Shown one piece after another: positions 51,343 through 61,589 of a stretch of DNA of 64,000 nt (position 1 is the first letter of the stretch; every line of letters begins with the position of its first letter). The position numbers were made by a program, and so were the translations under genes. Origin of the DNA: Alphaproteobacteria bacterium (GTDB lineage Bacteria > Pseudomonadota > Alphaproteobacteria > M2410); the NCBI GenBank assembly GCA_006226305.1, contig SBHG01000147.1, forward strand, positions 775-64,774. The letters are read 5' to 3'. The notes beneath the pieces are model-generated. The model saw nothing but the letters and a program-made list of their open reading frames with translations. It ran no database searches and was not told the origin of the DNA.

Positions 51343-53499
51343 GTGACAAGCCTGCTTGGACAACAGCCCAAGAAGATTTTGCAATTTTCAGCTAAACGGC
51401 TGAAAAAACAATGTCTTATGCTTGTTTTCGTAAGCTTGACTACAGCTTTCTGCGCGCCCATGTCACAAGCGACGGAAACCAACATCCTGCCCCGCACCAA
51501 GCCTAACGTGCCGCCGCTCTCCCCCTATGTCGACAATCATGACTATCTTGCCCTTGAAGCTGCTTACAAGGCTTTTGACCAGCGCAACTGGAAGGCCGTG
51601 CGGATCCACCGCGATAATATTGGCGACGAGGTTGGTCAAGATCTTCTCACCTGGAAAATCCTGACGACCAAGAGCACCGACGCCACATTTGACGAAATCC
51701 TGTCTTTCGCGGAGAAACGCAGCACCTGGCCCAAAATGGATGGTCTTCTGGCCCGCGCCGAGGAAGTCATCCCCAAGGACATGAAACCAGAGCAGATCAT
51801 CGCCTGGTTCGCCGGACAGGAGCCGGTGACCGGTGAAGGCAAGATCCGATTGGGCGAAGCCTTTCTGGCTACAGGTCAGGACGACTATGGTCGTTACTGG
51901 ATTGAGCAGGCTTGGATTGAACACAATTTCTCCTACTCCCGAGAAAAAGAAATCCTCGCCGCCCACAAAACGCTGCTTTCCCGAGATGTTCACGAGAAAC
52001 GCATGACCCGCCTCTTGTGGCACCGCCAACACTCCGCTGCCAAACGTCTCTTGAATTACGTCAGCCCTGATATGCGGGCGCTGGCGAACGCTCGTATTGT
52101 TCTTGCCTCCGGCCCGGCCAACCCCGTGTCCGTTCTCAATAAGGTTCCAGACTCATTGAAAGCTGATCCGGGCCTTATCTACGATCAGGTTTATGGACTT
52201 CGCCGTCGCGGTAAAGACGAGGCAACCTGGCCGCTTCTTATCAATGGGCCCACAAACGTGGATGCCATGGTACGGCCTGACAAATGGTGGACAGAGCGGC
52301 ACCTCCAGGCCCGTAAAGCACTCAAGGAAAAGGATTATAATTCGGCCTATCAATTGGCTGCCAACAATGGACTAAAGAGCGGCGGCGATTTTGCAGAGGC
52401 GGAGTTCCTCGCAGGTTGGCTCGCGCTGCGCTACCTCTCTCAGCCAGATGTTGCTCTGAAACATTTTGAAAATCTTGAGCGCGGCGTTTCATTTCCCATC
52501 AGCCTTGCCCGCGCCCGCTATTGGCAAGGACGCGCCGCAGAAGCACTTGGCGACACCGCACGTGCCCGTGCCGAGTTCTCCGATGCCGGGCTCATGCCCT
52601 ATACCTTTTATGGCCAACTCGCCCTTGATCACCCCCTCATCAATGCTCAAACGCTGGAATTACCAAGCCAAGAGCCGGTACTCGATCACCTCAAATGGGC
52701 TTTTGACACCCAGGATGACATTAAAGCCATTCGGCTTCTGGATGAATTTGATCGGGGTAGCGATGTCCGCTCGTTCATATACCATTTGGCGGACGGTTAT
52801 CAGACGGCCGAACAGTTTGCACTGCTCGCGCAACTCGCAAAAGAAATCGGCGATGTCAATCATGCCATACGCGTCGCCAAAAAAGCATCCCAGCAGCACA
52901 TTGCCCTGATTGAGTATTCCTATCCAACCCGGGCAGTACCTGAATACACCGGCGGAGGGAATGCCCCCGATGCAGCCCTTGTCTTTGGGCTATCGCGTCA
53001 GGAAAGCGAGTTTAATCCGCGAGCCGTTTCGCACGCCGGCGCCTACGGTTTGATGCAGCTTCTGCCCAGCACCGCGCGCCTCACAGCCAAAAAGCATCGC
53101 CTTCAATACAATCGCAGCTGGCTGATTGATGATCCGGAGTACAATACGTTAATCGGCATGGCGCATCTGTCTGACCTCATTGACCGCTTTGATGGCTCCT
53201 ACATTATGACGGTTGCCGCTTATAATGCTGGCGCCCTAAGGATCGATCAGTGGGTGAAAGATTATGGTGATCCCCGCAAGGGCGAAATTGATGCGGTTGA
53301 CTGGATTGAGTCCATTCCGTTCAAGGAGACCCGCAACTATGTCCAGCGGGTCATGGAGAACACGCAAGTTTATCGCGGCCGTCTGGCCGGCACTGCTCAG
53401 CCAAACCAGATCACCTACGACATCAATCGCAAATTTCCAAAAAATGCCGCGCTATCAACGGACACAACAGAGAGCCAGCACGCACAGCTCATCAAGTAA
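51343..53499 (+). CDS. soluble lytic murein transglycosylase (Slt70-like)
   Basis: Superhelical N-terminal region plus a C-terminal SLT domain (LSRQESEFNPRAVSHAGAYGLMQLLPSTA...AAYNAG). The GTG at 51343 (GGGGAAGA upstream) gives a signal peptide ...LMLVFVSLTTAFCAPMSQA. The start is uncertain (51283, 51343 or 51418). Confidence 0.85.
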   Translation: MTSLLGQQPKKILQFSAKRLKKQCLMLVFVSLTTAFCAPMSQATETNILPRTKPNVPPLSPYVDNHDYLALEAAYKAFDQRNWKAVRIHRDNIGDEVGQDLLTWKILTTKSTDATFDEILSFAEKRSTWPKMDGLLARAEEVIPKDMKPEQIIAWFAGQEPVTGEGKIRLGEAFLATGQDDYGRYWIEQAWIEHNFSYSREKEILAAHKTLLSRDVHEKRMTRLLWHRQHSAAKRLLNYVSPDMRALANARIVLASGPANPVSVLNKVPDSLKADPGLIYDQVYGLRRRGKDEATWPLLINGPTNVDAMVRPDKWWTERHLQARKALKEKDYNSAYQLAANNGLKSGGDFAEAEFLAGWLALRYLSQPDVALKHFENLERGVSFPISLARARYWQGRAAEALGDTARARAEFSDAGLMPYTFYGQLALDHPLINAQTLELPSQEPVLDHLKWAFDTQDDIKAIRLLDEFDRGSDVRSFIYHLADGYQTAEQFALLAQLAKEIGDVNHAIRVAKKASQQHIALIEYSYPTRAVPEYTGGGNAPDAALVFGLSRQESEFNPRAVSHAGAYGLMQLLPSTARLTAKKHRLQYNRSWLIDDPEYNTLIGMAHLSDLIDRFDGSYIMTVAAYNAGALRIDQWVKDYGDPRKGEIDAVDWIESIPFKETRNYVQRVMENTQVYRGRLAGTAQPNQITYDINRKFPKNAALSTDTTESQHAQLIK

Positions 53500-53520
53500 G
53501 AGCTGACCCGCGATTAGTCC

Positions 53521-54330
53521 TCAATGGACGGTCGCCCCATCAAGTTCAAATTCCATCTCATACCGGGGCTTTTCATGGTCTTTTGCGCTGACGCATTTGC
53601 CAAGCGCATCGGCACTTTGTTGTCCAAGCGAAGCGTGTTCCAAGATCGGGAAGGTATCGATAAGCTCCTTGGTCTCTCTGAGTGCCGTCTCAGAGAGGCT
53701 CGAAAGATGGGTCGAGAGCATATTAATGCCCGCCTTGAAGTCCCGTTGTGCCAGCACATTGGTTACGAACCCCATGACAAAGGCCCGATCCGCGCTCACC
53801 ATGGCCCCGGTCAGACCCATCATACGCGCATGACTTTCACCAACCAATTGGGCCAGACGTGCAAGACCAGCCCCATTGGGCGCCAATCCAAAATTCATAC
53901 CCGTCAACCCGAAGCGGGAATTGTCCGTAACGACCCTGAGGTCACAGTGGAGAACCAGTTCCAGCCCCATGCCGAAGCAATCGCCATCAACAGCCGCGAT
54001 AGTAGGTTTGGGAAGCGCCGCCAAATGGCGATAAACATCCGAACAAAGAAGCGAAAAATACTGAGCTGTTTCGGTCGACATCCCGCCGACCCCCAGCACA
54101 TTGGTGTCAAAATGGGCGCCCTCGCCGCCGATCGATAAAACCAGCACCTTGATGCTGCGGGCGATCTTCATCTCGGTGAGGATCGACAACAGATCTTCCA
54201 TAACAACGATAGGATCAATCGTTCCACGGCCCTCCGGATCGAAAGAGATATGTCCGACACCCTCGTGTTCTATGAACATCAACCCAGACTCATACCGATC
54301 TTCGTTTGACGCGAAACTCATGTCACTCAT
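53521..54330 (-). CDS. enoyl-CoA hydratase/isomerase (crotonase) family protein
   Basis: KPTIAAVDGDCFGMGLELVLHCDLRVV.DNSRFGL. Start at 54330 or 54321. Confidence 0.78.
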   Translation of the reverse strand: MSDMSFASNEDRYESGLMFIEHEGVGHISFDPEGRGTIDPIVVMEDLLSILTEMKIARSIKVLVLSIGGEGAHFDTNVLGVGGMSTETAQYFSLLCSDVYRHLAALPKPTIAAVDGDCFGMGLELVLHCDLRVVTDNSRFGLTGMNFGLAPNGAGLARLAQLVGESHARMMGLTGAMVSADRAFVMGFVTNVLAQRDFKAGINMLSTHLSSLSETALRETKELIDTFPILEHASLGQQSADALGKCVSAKDHEKPRYEMEFELDGATVH

Positions 54331-54469
54331 TCCCTTTTTGGGGATCCCACATGTGGTGCGACCCGCCCAGCACATTACCCAGGTTCAAACCATGCCAAAA
54401 AGAAATGAATTTTCGCTAAAGCTGCGGAGCTTTGTTGCCCCGCCCCGTTAAGACTTTGTTAGGGACCCT

Positions 54470-55414
54470 TCAGCGCTTTGCGAGTTCAGCCATCATGCCG
54501 AAAAGCTCAAAGATGTCAGCGCCGCTCTCAGATCCCTGATATTCTTTGTAGAGCGTGTTGACGTTCACCGCGATGCGCTCTGAATCGATCCAGGAAGAAT
54601 AATCGCCCAATGCAATGTCCCTTGCCGCTTCCTTCCAATCCATGCCCGCATCAAAACGCTTACGCGCTTGGCCGTCTATATAGCTCAAATAATCCGCCAC
54701 CTTTTGAACGCCTGCTTTGTCGGTCAATGGCCCATGGCCGGGCACGATATAGTCTACATCCATGGCCTGGATCCGGTCACAGGCCTTTATCCAATTGGAC
54801 ACCGGCCCTTGCCACATGATCGGTGTCCCGTCGATAAAGAGCACGTCGCCCGTATAAACCACCCGGTCCTCGGGCACATGGACAAGAACGTCCCCATGGG
54901 TATGGCACGGCCCGACCTCGATAAGAGCAACCTCTTTGTCGCCTACCTTCAACGACAGATCGCCGGAAAATGTGCGTGTGGGCTTGGTTGCGGTAATCTT
55001 CTCAAAATCAAAGGCGCCAAAGCATTTGACGAGGTAATCCCCCAAGTCGCCCATATCGCCCGCGGCGCCCATCATAGCCGCCATGACAGAAGGCGGCACT
55101 TCGTCCATTTCCTTGGCGCTGGCATCAGAGGCGATAATCTCCGCCCCTTCCACCAGGTGATTGCCATAGCAATGATCCCCATTGGCATGGGTGTTTACAA
55201 GGGTCGTCATGTCTTTCGGACCACGACCGGTGGCATCCTTCATGACGTCGAGCATCTCTTTCGTCAGATGCTCATCAAACAGAGTGTCAACGAGCAGCGC
55301 TTCCTCGCCGTCAACAATGAGCCCCGCATTCGACCAGCCCCAACCGCCATCCGGTTGCAAATAGGCATAGGCACCCCGGCCAAGATCCTGCAGTCCTTTT
55401 GAATAATGCGCCAT
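54470..55414 (-). CDS. MBL-fold metallo-hydrolase
   Basis: LVNTHANGDHCYGN (variant of HxHxDH)...GPCHTHGD...VPGHGP. Confidence 0.78.
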   Translation of the reverse strand: MAHYSKGLQDLGRGAYAYLQPDGGWGWSNAGLIVDGEEALLVDTLFDEHLTKEMLDVMKDATGRGPKDMTTLVNTHANGDHCYGNHLVEGAEIIASDASAKEMDEVPPSVMAAMMGAAGDMGDLGDYLVKCFGAFDFEKITATKPTRTFSGDLSLKVGDKEVALIEVGPCHTHGDVLVHVPEDRVVYTGDVLFIDGTPIMWQGPVSNWIKACDRIQAMDVDYIVPGHGPLTDKAGVQKVADYLSYIDGQARKRFDAGMDWKEAARDIALGDYSSWIDSERIAVNVNTLYKEYQGSESGADIFELFGMMAELAKR

Positions 55415-55422
55415 GTCTCCTC

Positions 55423-56502
55423 CTATACGAGCGTTGGATCCACCAGGATCTTTGCATGTTTTTCCGGATGCGCAAGATCTTCAAAGGCCTGTGCCACGCC
55501 TTCAAGGCCAACCCTGCCGGTCACGAGCGGCGCAACATCAATTTCCCCTTCAGCGATCATGTGCAGTGTCCCGGCAAACTCCTCCTGGCTATAACCAAGC
55601 ACAAAGCGCAAATCCAATTGCTTTGTGACGGCGAGCGCTGGCTCAAAGTGATCGGTTTCCATGCAAACTCCTACGATCACAATACGCGAGCGGACCGGCA
55701 CCCCTTCAAGAATTTGCTGCACCACTCCCTTCACACCGACGCATTCAAAAATGATGGCGCGCCTCGGCGTCTCACCCATCATCTCCACCATCATGCGCTC
55801 CATGGAGGTCTGTGGCACCCCAAAATCCGCCCATTGCGAATAAGGTGATGTTTCTTTCGGATCAACTACGACATCCGCGCCCATAGTTTCAGCAAGCCCC
55901 CGCCGCCCGGGCGAGAAATCCGCAGCGATAACCGGCCCGAGCCCGCGCGCCTTCAGCCCAGCAATGACCGCAAGACCCACCGGACCGCAGCCGATTACTA
56001 GCGCCACGTCATTCGGGCCCATCTCGGCCTCGTTTACCGCATGCGCACCCACAGCCATAGGCTCTGTTAGCGCCGCATGGTCACTGGCAAGACCATTAGG
56101 TACTTCCACCAACATGGTTTCACTGAGAACCATTTGCTCCCCGTAACCGCCGGCATAGGTGTTGGAATACCCTATCCCTTGCACGCCGGACTCAGTGACC
56201 GCGATGGGCAGCGAACAAACCCGGGTTCCCGTACGAAACAGCTTTTGTGTCCCCGGGCCATGATCGAGGATCTCAGCGCAGAATTCATGGCCAAAAACCA
56301 GATCCTTGTCTGGTTCATAGGTCAGCGCCCCGCCGCCCCGCCGGGTCAGATCAACAAAGTGCTCGCCATGATTAAGCGCATGGAGATCTGATCCGCAAAT
56401 GCCGCAAACCAGCGTTTTAACCAAAACCTCGCCCTGCTTTGGTTCCGGATCGGGCCAATCGTCCACCACCAGCGATTTATTGCGCGCAATAACAGCCTTC
56501 AT
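55423..56502 (-). CDS. zinc-dependent alcohol dehydrogenase (MDR) family protein
   Basis: VCGICGSDLH...GHEFCAE...VIGCGPVGL. Confidence 0.85.
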   Translation of the reverse strand: MKAVIARNKSLVVDDWPDPEPKQGEVLVKTLVCGICGSDLHALNHGEHFVDLTRRGGGALTYEPDKDLVFGHEFCAEILDHGPGTQKLFRTGTRVCSLPIAVTESGVQGIGYSNTYAGGYGEQMVLSETMLVEVPNGLASDHAALTEPMAVGAHAVNEAEMGPNDVALVIGCGPVGLAVIAGLKARGLGPVIAADFSPGRRGLAETMGADVVVDPKETSPYSQWADFGVPQTSMERMMVEMMGETPRRAIIFECVGVKGVVQQILEGVPVRSRIVIVGVCMETDHFEPALAVTKQLDLRFVLGYSQEEFAGTLHMIAEGEIDVAPLVTGRVGLEGVAQAFEDLAHPEKHAKILVDPTLV

Positions 56503-56610
56503 TGGGGCCTCCCCTTATATTATTTTGGTTCCAAGTCTTTCACGGCTTGCGCCGCTTGAAAAGCCCGGTCAAGGCAGCTATGGAAAGACAAAAAGAGAAG
56601 GCCCAACCCG

Positions 56611-58458
56611 ATGCCCGACTATCGCTCAAAGACCTCTACATTTGGCCGCAACATGGCTGGGGCGCGTGCCCTATGGCGCGCGACAGGAATGGGCGAAGAT
56701 GATTGGGGCAAGCCCATCATCGCGGTTGCCAATTCATTCACACAATTTGTCCCGGGCCATGTGCATCTGAAGGACCTTGGCCAGATGGTCGCCCGTGAGA
56801 TTGAAGCCAACGGCGGGGTCGCCAAGGAATTCAATACCATTGCTGTCGACGATGGCATCGCCATGGGTCACGACGGGATGCTCTACAGCCTGCCGTCGCG
56901 CGAAATCATCGCCGACTCTGTTGAATATATGGCCAATGCCCATTGCGCCGATGCGCTGATCTGCATCTCCAATTGCGACAAGATCACCCCTGGCATGCTC
57001 ATGGCCGCGATGCGGCTCAATATCCCCACAGTCTTTGTTTCCGGAGGCCCGATGGAGGCCGGCAAAGTGGTCCTGGAAGGTGAGACACAGTCAATCGATC
57101 TCATAGATTCCATGATCGCAGCCGCCGACCCGACGGTTTCAGACGCGGCCAGCGACACCATCGAGCGATCCGCCTGCCCTACCTGCGGCTCCTGCTCGGG
57201 CATGTTCACCGCCAATTCCATGAATTGTCTCGCCGAGGCTCTAGGGCTTGCCCTTCCTGGCAACGGCTCCATGCTCGCAACTCATGCCGATCGCAAAGAC
57301 ATTTTCCTGAGGGCGGCGCGAACCGTTGTCGACATTACCCGGCGCTATTACATCGAGGATGACGAAAGCGTCCTACCGCGCTCGGTCGCCTCTTTCAAAG
57401 CCTTTGAAAACGCCATGAGCCTTGATATCGCCATGGGCGGCTCAACCAACACAGTGCTGCATTTGCTGGCCGCGGCCCAGGAGGGTAACGTCGATTTCAC
57501 CATGTCAGATATTGATCGGCTATCCCGCAAAGTGCCCAACCTCTCCAAGGTCGCGCCGGCAACTCAGCAATATCACATGGAAGATGTTCATCGCGCCGGT
57601 GGCATCATGGGAATTCTGGGCGAACTTGAGCGCGGCAACCTTCTGCACACAGATGTTTCAACTGTCCATGAACCGACCCTTGCCGCAGCGCTCGCCAAAT
57701 GGGACGTGTGCAGGACAAATGATCCAGAGGTCCATACCTTCTTCCGTGCGGCGCCCGGAGGTGTGCGCACCACACAGGCCTTCAGCCAGAACCGGCGCTT
57801 CGACGATCTTGACCTAGATCGCTCAAACGGCTGCATTCGCTCCATGGAGCATGCATACTCCAAGGACGGCGGCCTCGCGGTCCTCTACGGTAATATTGCT
57901 CTGGACGGCTGCATCGTCAAAACCGCCGGTGTTGATGAAAGCATCCTGACATTTAGGGGCCCCGCCCGGGTTTATGAATCTCAGGAAGATGCCGTAAGCG
58001 CCATCCTGAAAAAGGAGGTTAAGTCCGGCGATGTCGTTATCATTCGCTACGAGGGACCGCGGGGCGGACCGGGCATGCAGGAAATGCTTTACCCCACCAG
58101 CTACCTTAAGAGCATGGGGCTCGGCAAGGAATGCGCCCTCCTGACGGACGGACGTTTCTCGGGCGGCACATCGGGTCTGTCCATCGGTCACGCCTCTCCG
58201 GAAGCCGCCGAGGGCGGCGCCATTGGGTTGATCGAGGAAGGCGATACCATCGAGATCGACATCCCTAGTCGAACCATCAACCTAGACATCTCTGACTATG
58301 ACCTGACCATGCGCCGCGCTCGCATGGAGGCAAAGGGCGAAAAGGCCTGGAAACCTCAAAGCCGCGAGCGCCGGGTCTCAGCCGCCCTCAAGGCCTACGC
58401 GGCCATGACTACTTCTGCCGCGCGCGGGGCTGTACGGGATGTCACCAAATTTGATTGA
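56611..58458 (+). CDS. ilvD: dihydroxy-acid dehydratase
   Basis: [27 protein letters not shown]...[24 protein letters not shown]...[19 protein letters not shown]. Confidence 0.96.
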   Translation: MPDYRSKTSTFGRNMAGARALWRATGMGEDDWGKPIIAVANSFTQFVPGHVHLKDLGQMVAREIEANGGVAKEFNTIAVDDGIAMGHDGMLYSLPSREIIADSVEYMANAHCADALICISNCDKITPGMLMAAMRLNIPTVFVSGGPMEAGKVVLEGETQSIDLIDSMIAAADPTVSDAASDTIERSACPTCGSCSGMFTANSMNCLAEALGLALPGNGSMLATHADRKDIFLRAARTVVDITRRYYIEDDESVLPRSVASFKAFENAMSLDIAMGGSTNTVLHLLAAAQEGNVDFTMSDIDRLSRKVPNLSKVAPATQQYHMEDVHRAGGIMGILGELERGNLLHTDVSTVHEPTLAAALAKWDVCRTNDPEVHTFFRAAPGGVRTTQAFSQNRRFDDLDLDRSNGCIRSMEHAYSKDGGLAVLYGNIALDGCIVKTAGVDESILTFRGPARVYESQEDAVSAILKKEVKSGDVVIIRYEGPRGGPGMQEMLYPTSYLKSMGLGKECALLTDGRFSGGTSGLSIGHASPEAAEGGAIGLIEEGDTIEIDIPSRTINLDISDYDLTMRRARMEAKGEKAWKPQSRERRVSAALKAYAAMTTSAARGAVRDVTKFD

Positions 58459-58567
58459 AGCGCGGACAAATCGCAGATTTCTGACGTTTTCGCGGTCAAT
58501 CGACAAAATGCCGTTTAAGCGCTAAACTCCGGTCAGGGTTCGGGGGAGCCCCGCGAGGAGGTCTGTC

Positions 58568-58984
58568 ATGGACGACTCACGTACTCGGCGCACACCGCCC
58601 GCCAAGGTCTGGCGGCTCTTGATTGTCACTTTGTTCTTTGTGGCGACCATCGCCCCGGCCTTTTTATTGACCGTCCATATCGGCAATCTTTGGTTTCTGG
58701 CCCTTCTCGCGATCCCATTACTCTGGATCGTGAGCCCGCGGATGTTCGCTTCCTGGCTTCCGTCCGCCTTGCGACCACCCATATCCGGCCGGCGTCTGCC
58801 TTTCGCCCTCCTTTTCACAGTCGTGGTGCTACTCACCATCAACCTGTCCGGAGTAGATTACGTGGAGAATCTCTATGCCCTCGGGGTCGTCATAGGACTG
58901 ACAGCTCTCATGATCATTTTCATTGCTTTGATGACCCGCATGCCTCGTTCCCAGGCGGATCGCTTCCTGGACTGGCTCGATTGA
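58568..58984 (+). CDS. hypothetical four-TM membrane protein
   Basis: GAGGAGG lies upstream of the ATG. Four hydrophobic segments. I recognise no family. Confidence 0.5.
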   Translation: MDDSRTRRTPPAKVWRLLIVTLFFVATIAPAFLLTVHIGNLWFLALLAIPLLWIVSPRMFASWLPSALRPPISGRRLPFALLFTVVVLLTINLSGVDYVENLYALGVVIGLTALMIIFIALMTRMPRSQADRFLDWLD

Positions 58985-59491
58985 TCAGTCCGGCTTGGGA
59001 TTGGTATTGCCGGTATCCAGAACGAACTTCCAGACCCCTGCGGCGTCCTTCTTCCAGACCGTCGTATATTTGCCGTGTTCCTCGATTGGATTGTCATCGG
59101 CATCTTTGCCCTTAAAGACATACCGCCCCCAGGTGACGCCAAGATCCATGGAGGCGCTCATATAGGCGTTCTCCGGGGCCCAGATCACCGTCCAATCCCC
59201 CGGACCCCCCAAAGCCGCGGTAATGCTTTCCCGTCCAACAACAGGCTGGCTGCCATCAGGTAAATAAACCGCATCCTCCATTGCATATTCCCCGAAAGCC
59301 GGTCCAAAACCAATATCCTGCGCGCGGTCGCTAAAAGCCGAATCAACCGCCATGAGTGCCACGCGCGCCTCTTCCTGAGCAAATATACCCGCCACGAGAG
59401 AGGCCTGATCGGGCATTTCCTCCGCCTTTACCACCCCGGCAAAAGCCGTCAAACCAGCGCCGAACACCAATAGGGATAACTTCTTCATCAT
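58985..59491 (-). CDS. secreted NTF2/SnoaL-like (DUF4440-like) protein
   Basis: MMKKLSLLVFGAGLTAFAGVVKA is a signal peptide. The end, ...GKYTTVWKKDAAGVWKFVLDTGN, is typical of the NTF2-like fold. The track ORF's 129-aa N-terminal extension is antisense to the next gene. Confidence 0.5.
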   Translation of the reverse strand: MMKKLSLLVFGAGLTAFAGVVKAEEMPDQASLVAGIFAQEEARVALMAVDSAFSDRAQDIGFGPAFGEYAMEDAVYLPDGSQPVVGRESITAALGGPGDWTVIWAPENAYMSASMDLGVTWGRYVFKGKDADDNPIEEHGKYTTVWKKDAAGVWKFVLDTGNTNPKPD

Positions 59492-59513
59492 TTGCAGGGC
59501 CCGCCTTGAACGA

Positions 59514-59531
59514 TTGAGAGATTCATGACAT
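59514..59531 (-). promoter_or_regulatory. Pho-box-like direct repeat upstream of orfA-pit
   Basis: The minus strand reads A-TGTCAT-GAAT-CTCTCAA. Compared with CTGTCAT-N4-CTGTCAT, I count 11 of 14 positions matching. It lies 52-69 nt upstream of the ATG at 59583. Confidence 0.3.
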
Positions 59532-59582
59532 TTAAGGGCATCAAAGCCCTCCAATTGGACATAAGAACCCCGGAGCCCTTTC

Positions 59583-60263
59583 ATGGCAACAAAAAGTACC
59601 ATTTCAGGATTGTTTGGTCGCTCGCCTATTCGGCCCCTCCAACAGCATATGGCCATTGTGACGGAAGCCGCCAAACAGGTCGTCGACCTCTTTGAGGCCC
59701 TATGTGCCAGCCAGTGGAAAGAAGCCGACACCATCGTCGACAAAATTTCCTCCCTTGAGTCCGAGGCCGACGAGGTAAAGAACGAGTTACGCGCGCATCT
59801 GCCCAAAAGCCTTTTCATGCCTATGGATCGCCGCGATATTCTCGAAATCCTGGATTTGCAGGACAACATCGCCGACATCGCTCAATCCATCGGCGGCATC
59901 ACGCGCGAGCGGCGCATGGAAGTACCCCCGAGCCTGGCCAAGCCTTTGATGACCCTTATCCGTCGCTGCGTCGACGCTTGTAAGCACTGCGACAAGACGA
60001 TCAACGAATTGGACGAGCTGCTCGCAACGGGTTTTCGCGGCCGTGAGTCCGACATGGTTCACACCATGGTGGAAGAACTCAACAAGATTGAATCAGACAC
60101 TGACCTGATGGGAACAGATCTGGCCCGCAGCCTCTTTGCGATAGAGGACGAACTCAGCCCGGTTTCAGTAATGCTGTGGTATCAACTCATCCAAATGATC
60201 GGCGGCCTTGCCGACAACGCCGAACGGGTCGGCAATCGCCTCAGATTGTTAACAGCCCGATAG
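59583..60263 (+). CDS. DUF47/TIGR00153 PhoU-like protein (OrfA of the orfA-pit operon)
   Basis: GLFGRSPIRPLQQHM....E.......L........W.......I..LE.EAD..K..L...L....F.P.DR.D.L. Confidence 0.85.
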   Translation: MATKSTISGLFGRSPIRPLQQHMAIVTEAAKQVVDLFEALCASQWKEADTIVDKISSLESEADEVKNELRAHLPKSLFMPMDRRDILEILDLQDNIADIAQSIGGITRERRMEVPPSLAKPLMTLIRRCVDACKHCDKTINELDELLATGFRGRESDMVHTMVEELNKIESDTDLMGTDLARSLFAIEDELSPVSVMLWYQLIQMIGGLADNAERVGNRLRLLTAR

Positions 60264-60323
60264 TCACTCCGCCCTTCAAATCCAGCCCCATAACAGGCGT
60301 CTTAAAGTCTCAGGAACTTCCCG

Positions 60324-61589
60324 ATGGATATTATTGCTCAATACGGCACCGTTTTTATCATTCTTGCTCTGATTTTCGGACTTTATATGACGTGGGGGAT
60401 CGGCGCCAACGACGTGGCCAATGCCATGGGAACCTCCGTTGGTTCTGGCGCCATCACCATTACGACCGCGATTTTTATCGCCGCTATCTTCGAGTTCGCG
60501 GGGGCAGCGCTGGCCGGTGGCAATGTGACCTCGACGATCCGAAAAGGGATCATTGATCCGGCCCCGATCATAAACAACCCGGAAATACTGGTCTTTGGCA
60601 TGTTGGCCGCGCTTCTGTCGGCCGCCATATGGCTCATGCTCGCTTCCAACCGGGGCTGGCCGGTTTCAACGACGCATTCGATCGTGGGCGCGATTGTCGG
60701 CTTTGCCCTTGCAGGTATCGGAACAGAAGCGGTTCAGTGGGACAAGATCAGCCAGATCGTCGCGAGCTGGGTTCTTTCACCCGTTCTTGGTGGCACGATC
60801 TCTTTTCTTTTGATGATGAGCGTGCGGCAACTCATCCTAAACACGGACAACCCGTTTGAAAACGCCAAGCGCTGGGGCCCTGTCTATCTTTTCTTCGTCG
60901 GGTTTATTATAGCGCTCGTCACCCTGTTTAAGGGATTGAAGCACCTCAATATCCATCTGACGGTGCCACAAAGCTTCTTCTCAGCGGCGGCGGTGGGCCT
61001 CCTGGTCGCATTCCTGGGATGGCTCATTCTGCGCCGCGTCACCATCGACCGTGACGCCGACCGCGAATTCCACTTCGCCAGTGTCGAGCGCATCTTCGGG
61101 CCAATGATGATTTTCACCGCCTGCTCCATGGCCTTTGCCCATGGCTCTAACGATGTAGCCAATGGTGTCGGCCCAATTGCGGCGGTCTACGGGATTGTTT
61201 CCTCAGGCGGCGAGGTGATGCAAAAATCTCAGCTGCCCATCTGGATCCTGATCCTGGGTGGCGGCGGTATTGTCCTTGGCCTGGCAACCTATGGCTACAA
61301 GGTAATGCGCACCATTGGCACCAAGATCACCGAGCTCACACCATCACGCGGCTTCTGTGCCGAACTGGCCGCCGCTTCGGTGGTTGTGCTGGCCTCTCGT
61401 ACGGGAATGCCGGTTTCGACAACGCACATCGCCGTGGGCGCGGTCGTTGGCGTCGGCTTTGCAAGGGGCATTGGCGCTCTCGATCTGCGCGTCATCATGG
61501 GCATCATTATGTCCTGGGTGATCACCCTTCCCGTAGCGGGCATTCTCTCCGCCCTGCTGTTCTTTATGCTGAAAGGGATCTTCGGCTAA
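60324..61589 (+). CDS. pit: inorganic phosphate transporter, PiT family
   Basis: GANDVANAMGTSVGSGA...PVSTTHSIVGAIVG...GSNDVANGVGP...PVSTTHIAVGAVVG. Confidence 0.93.
   Translation: MDIIAQYGTVFIILALIFGLYMTWGIGANDVANAMGTSVGSGAITITTAIFIAAIFEFAGAALAGGNVTSTIRKGIIDPAPIINNPEILVFGMLAALLSAAIWLMLASNRGWPVSTTHSIVGAIVGFALAGIGTEAVQWDKISQIVASWVLSPVLGGTISFLLMMSVRQLILNTDNPFENAKRWGPVYLFFVGFIIALVTLFKGLKHLNIHLTVPQSFFSAAAVGLLVAFLGWLILRRVTIDRDADREFHFASVERIFGPMMIFTACSMAFAHGSNDVANGVGPIAAVYGIVSSGGEVMQKSQLPIWILILGGGGIVLGLATYGYKVMRTIGTKITELTPSRGFCAELAAASVVVLASRTGMPVSTTHIAVGAVVGVGFARGIGALDLRVIMGIIMSWVITLPVAGILSALLFFMLKGIFG

Noticed and set aside
58985-59878. 297-aa track ORF, and similar N-terminal extensions at 19660-20706, 47736-48470, 39902-40738 and 35060-36733
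   Set aside because: Internal ATGs with SD sequences give products of normal family length. The extensions overlap neighbouring genes or lack any homology-like features.
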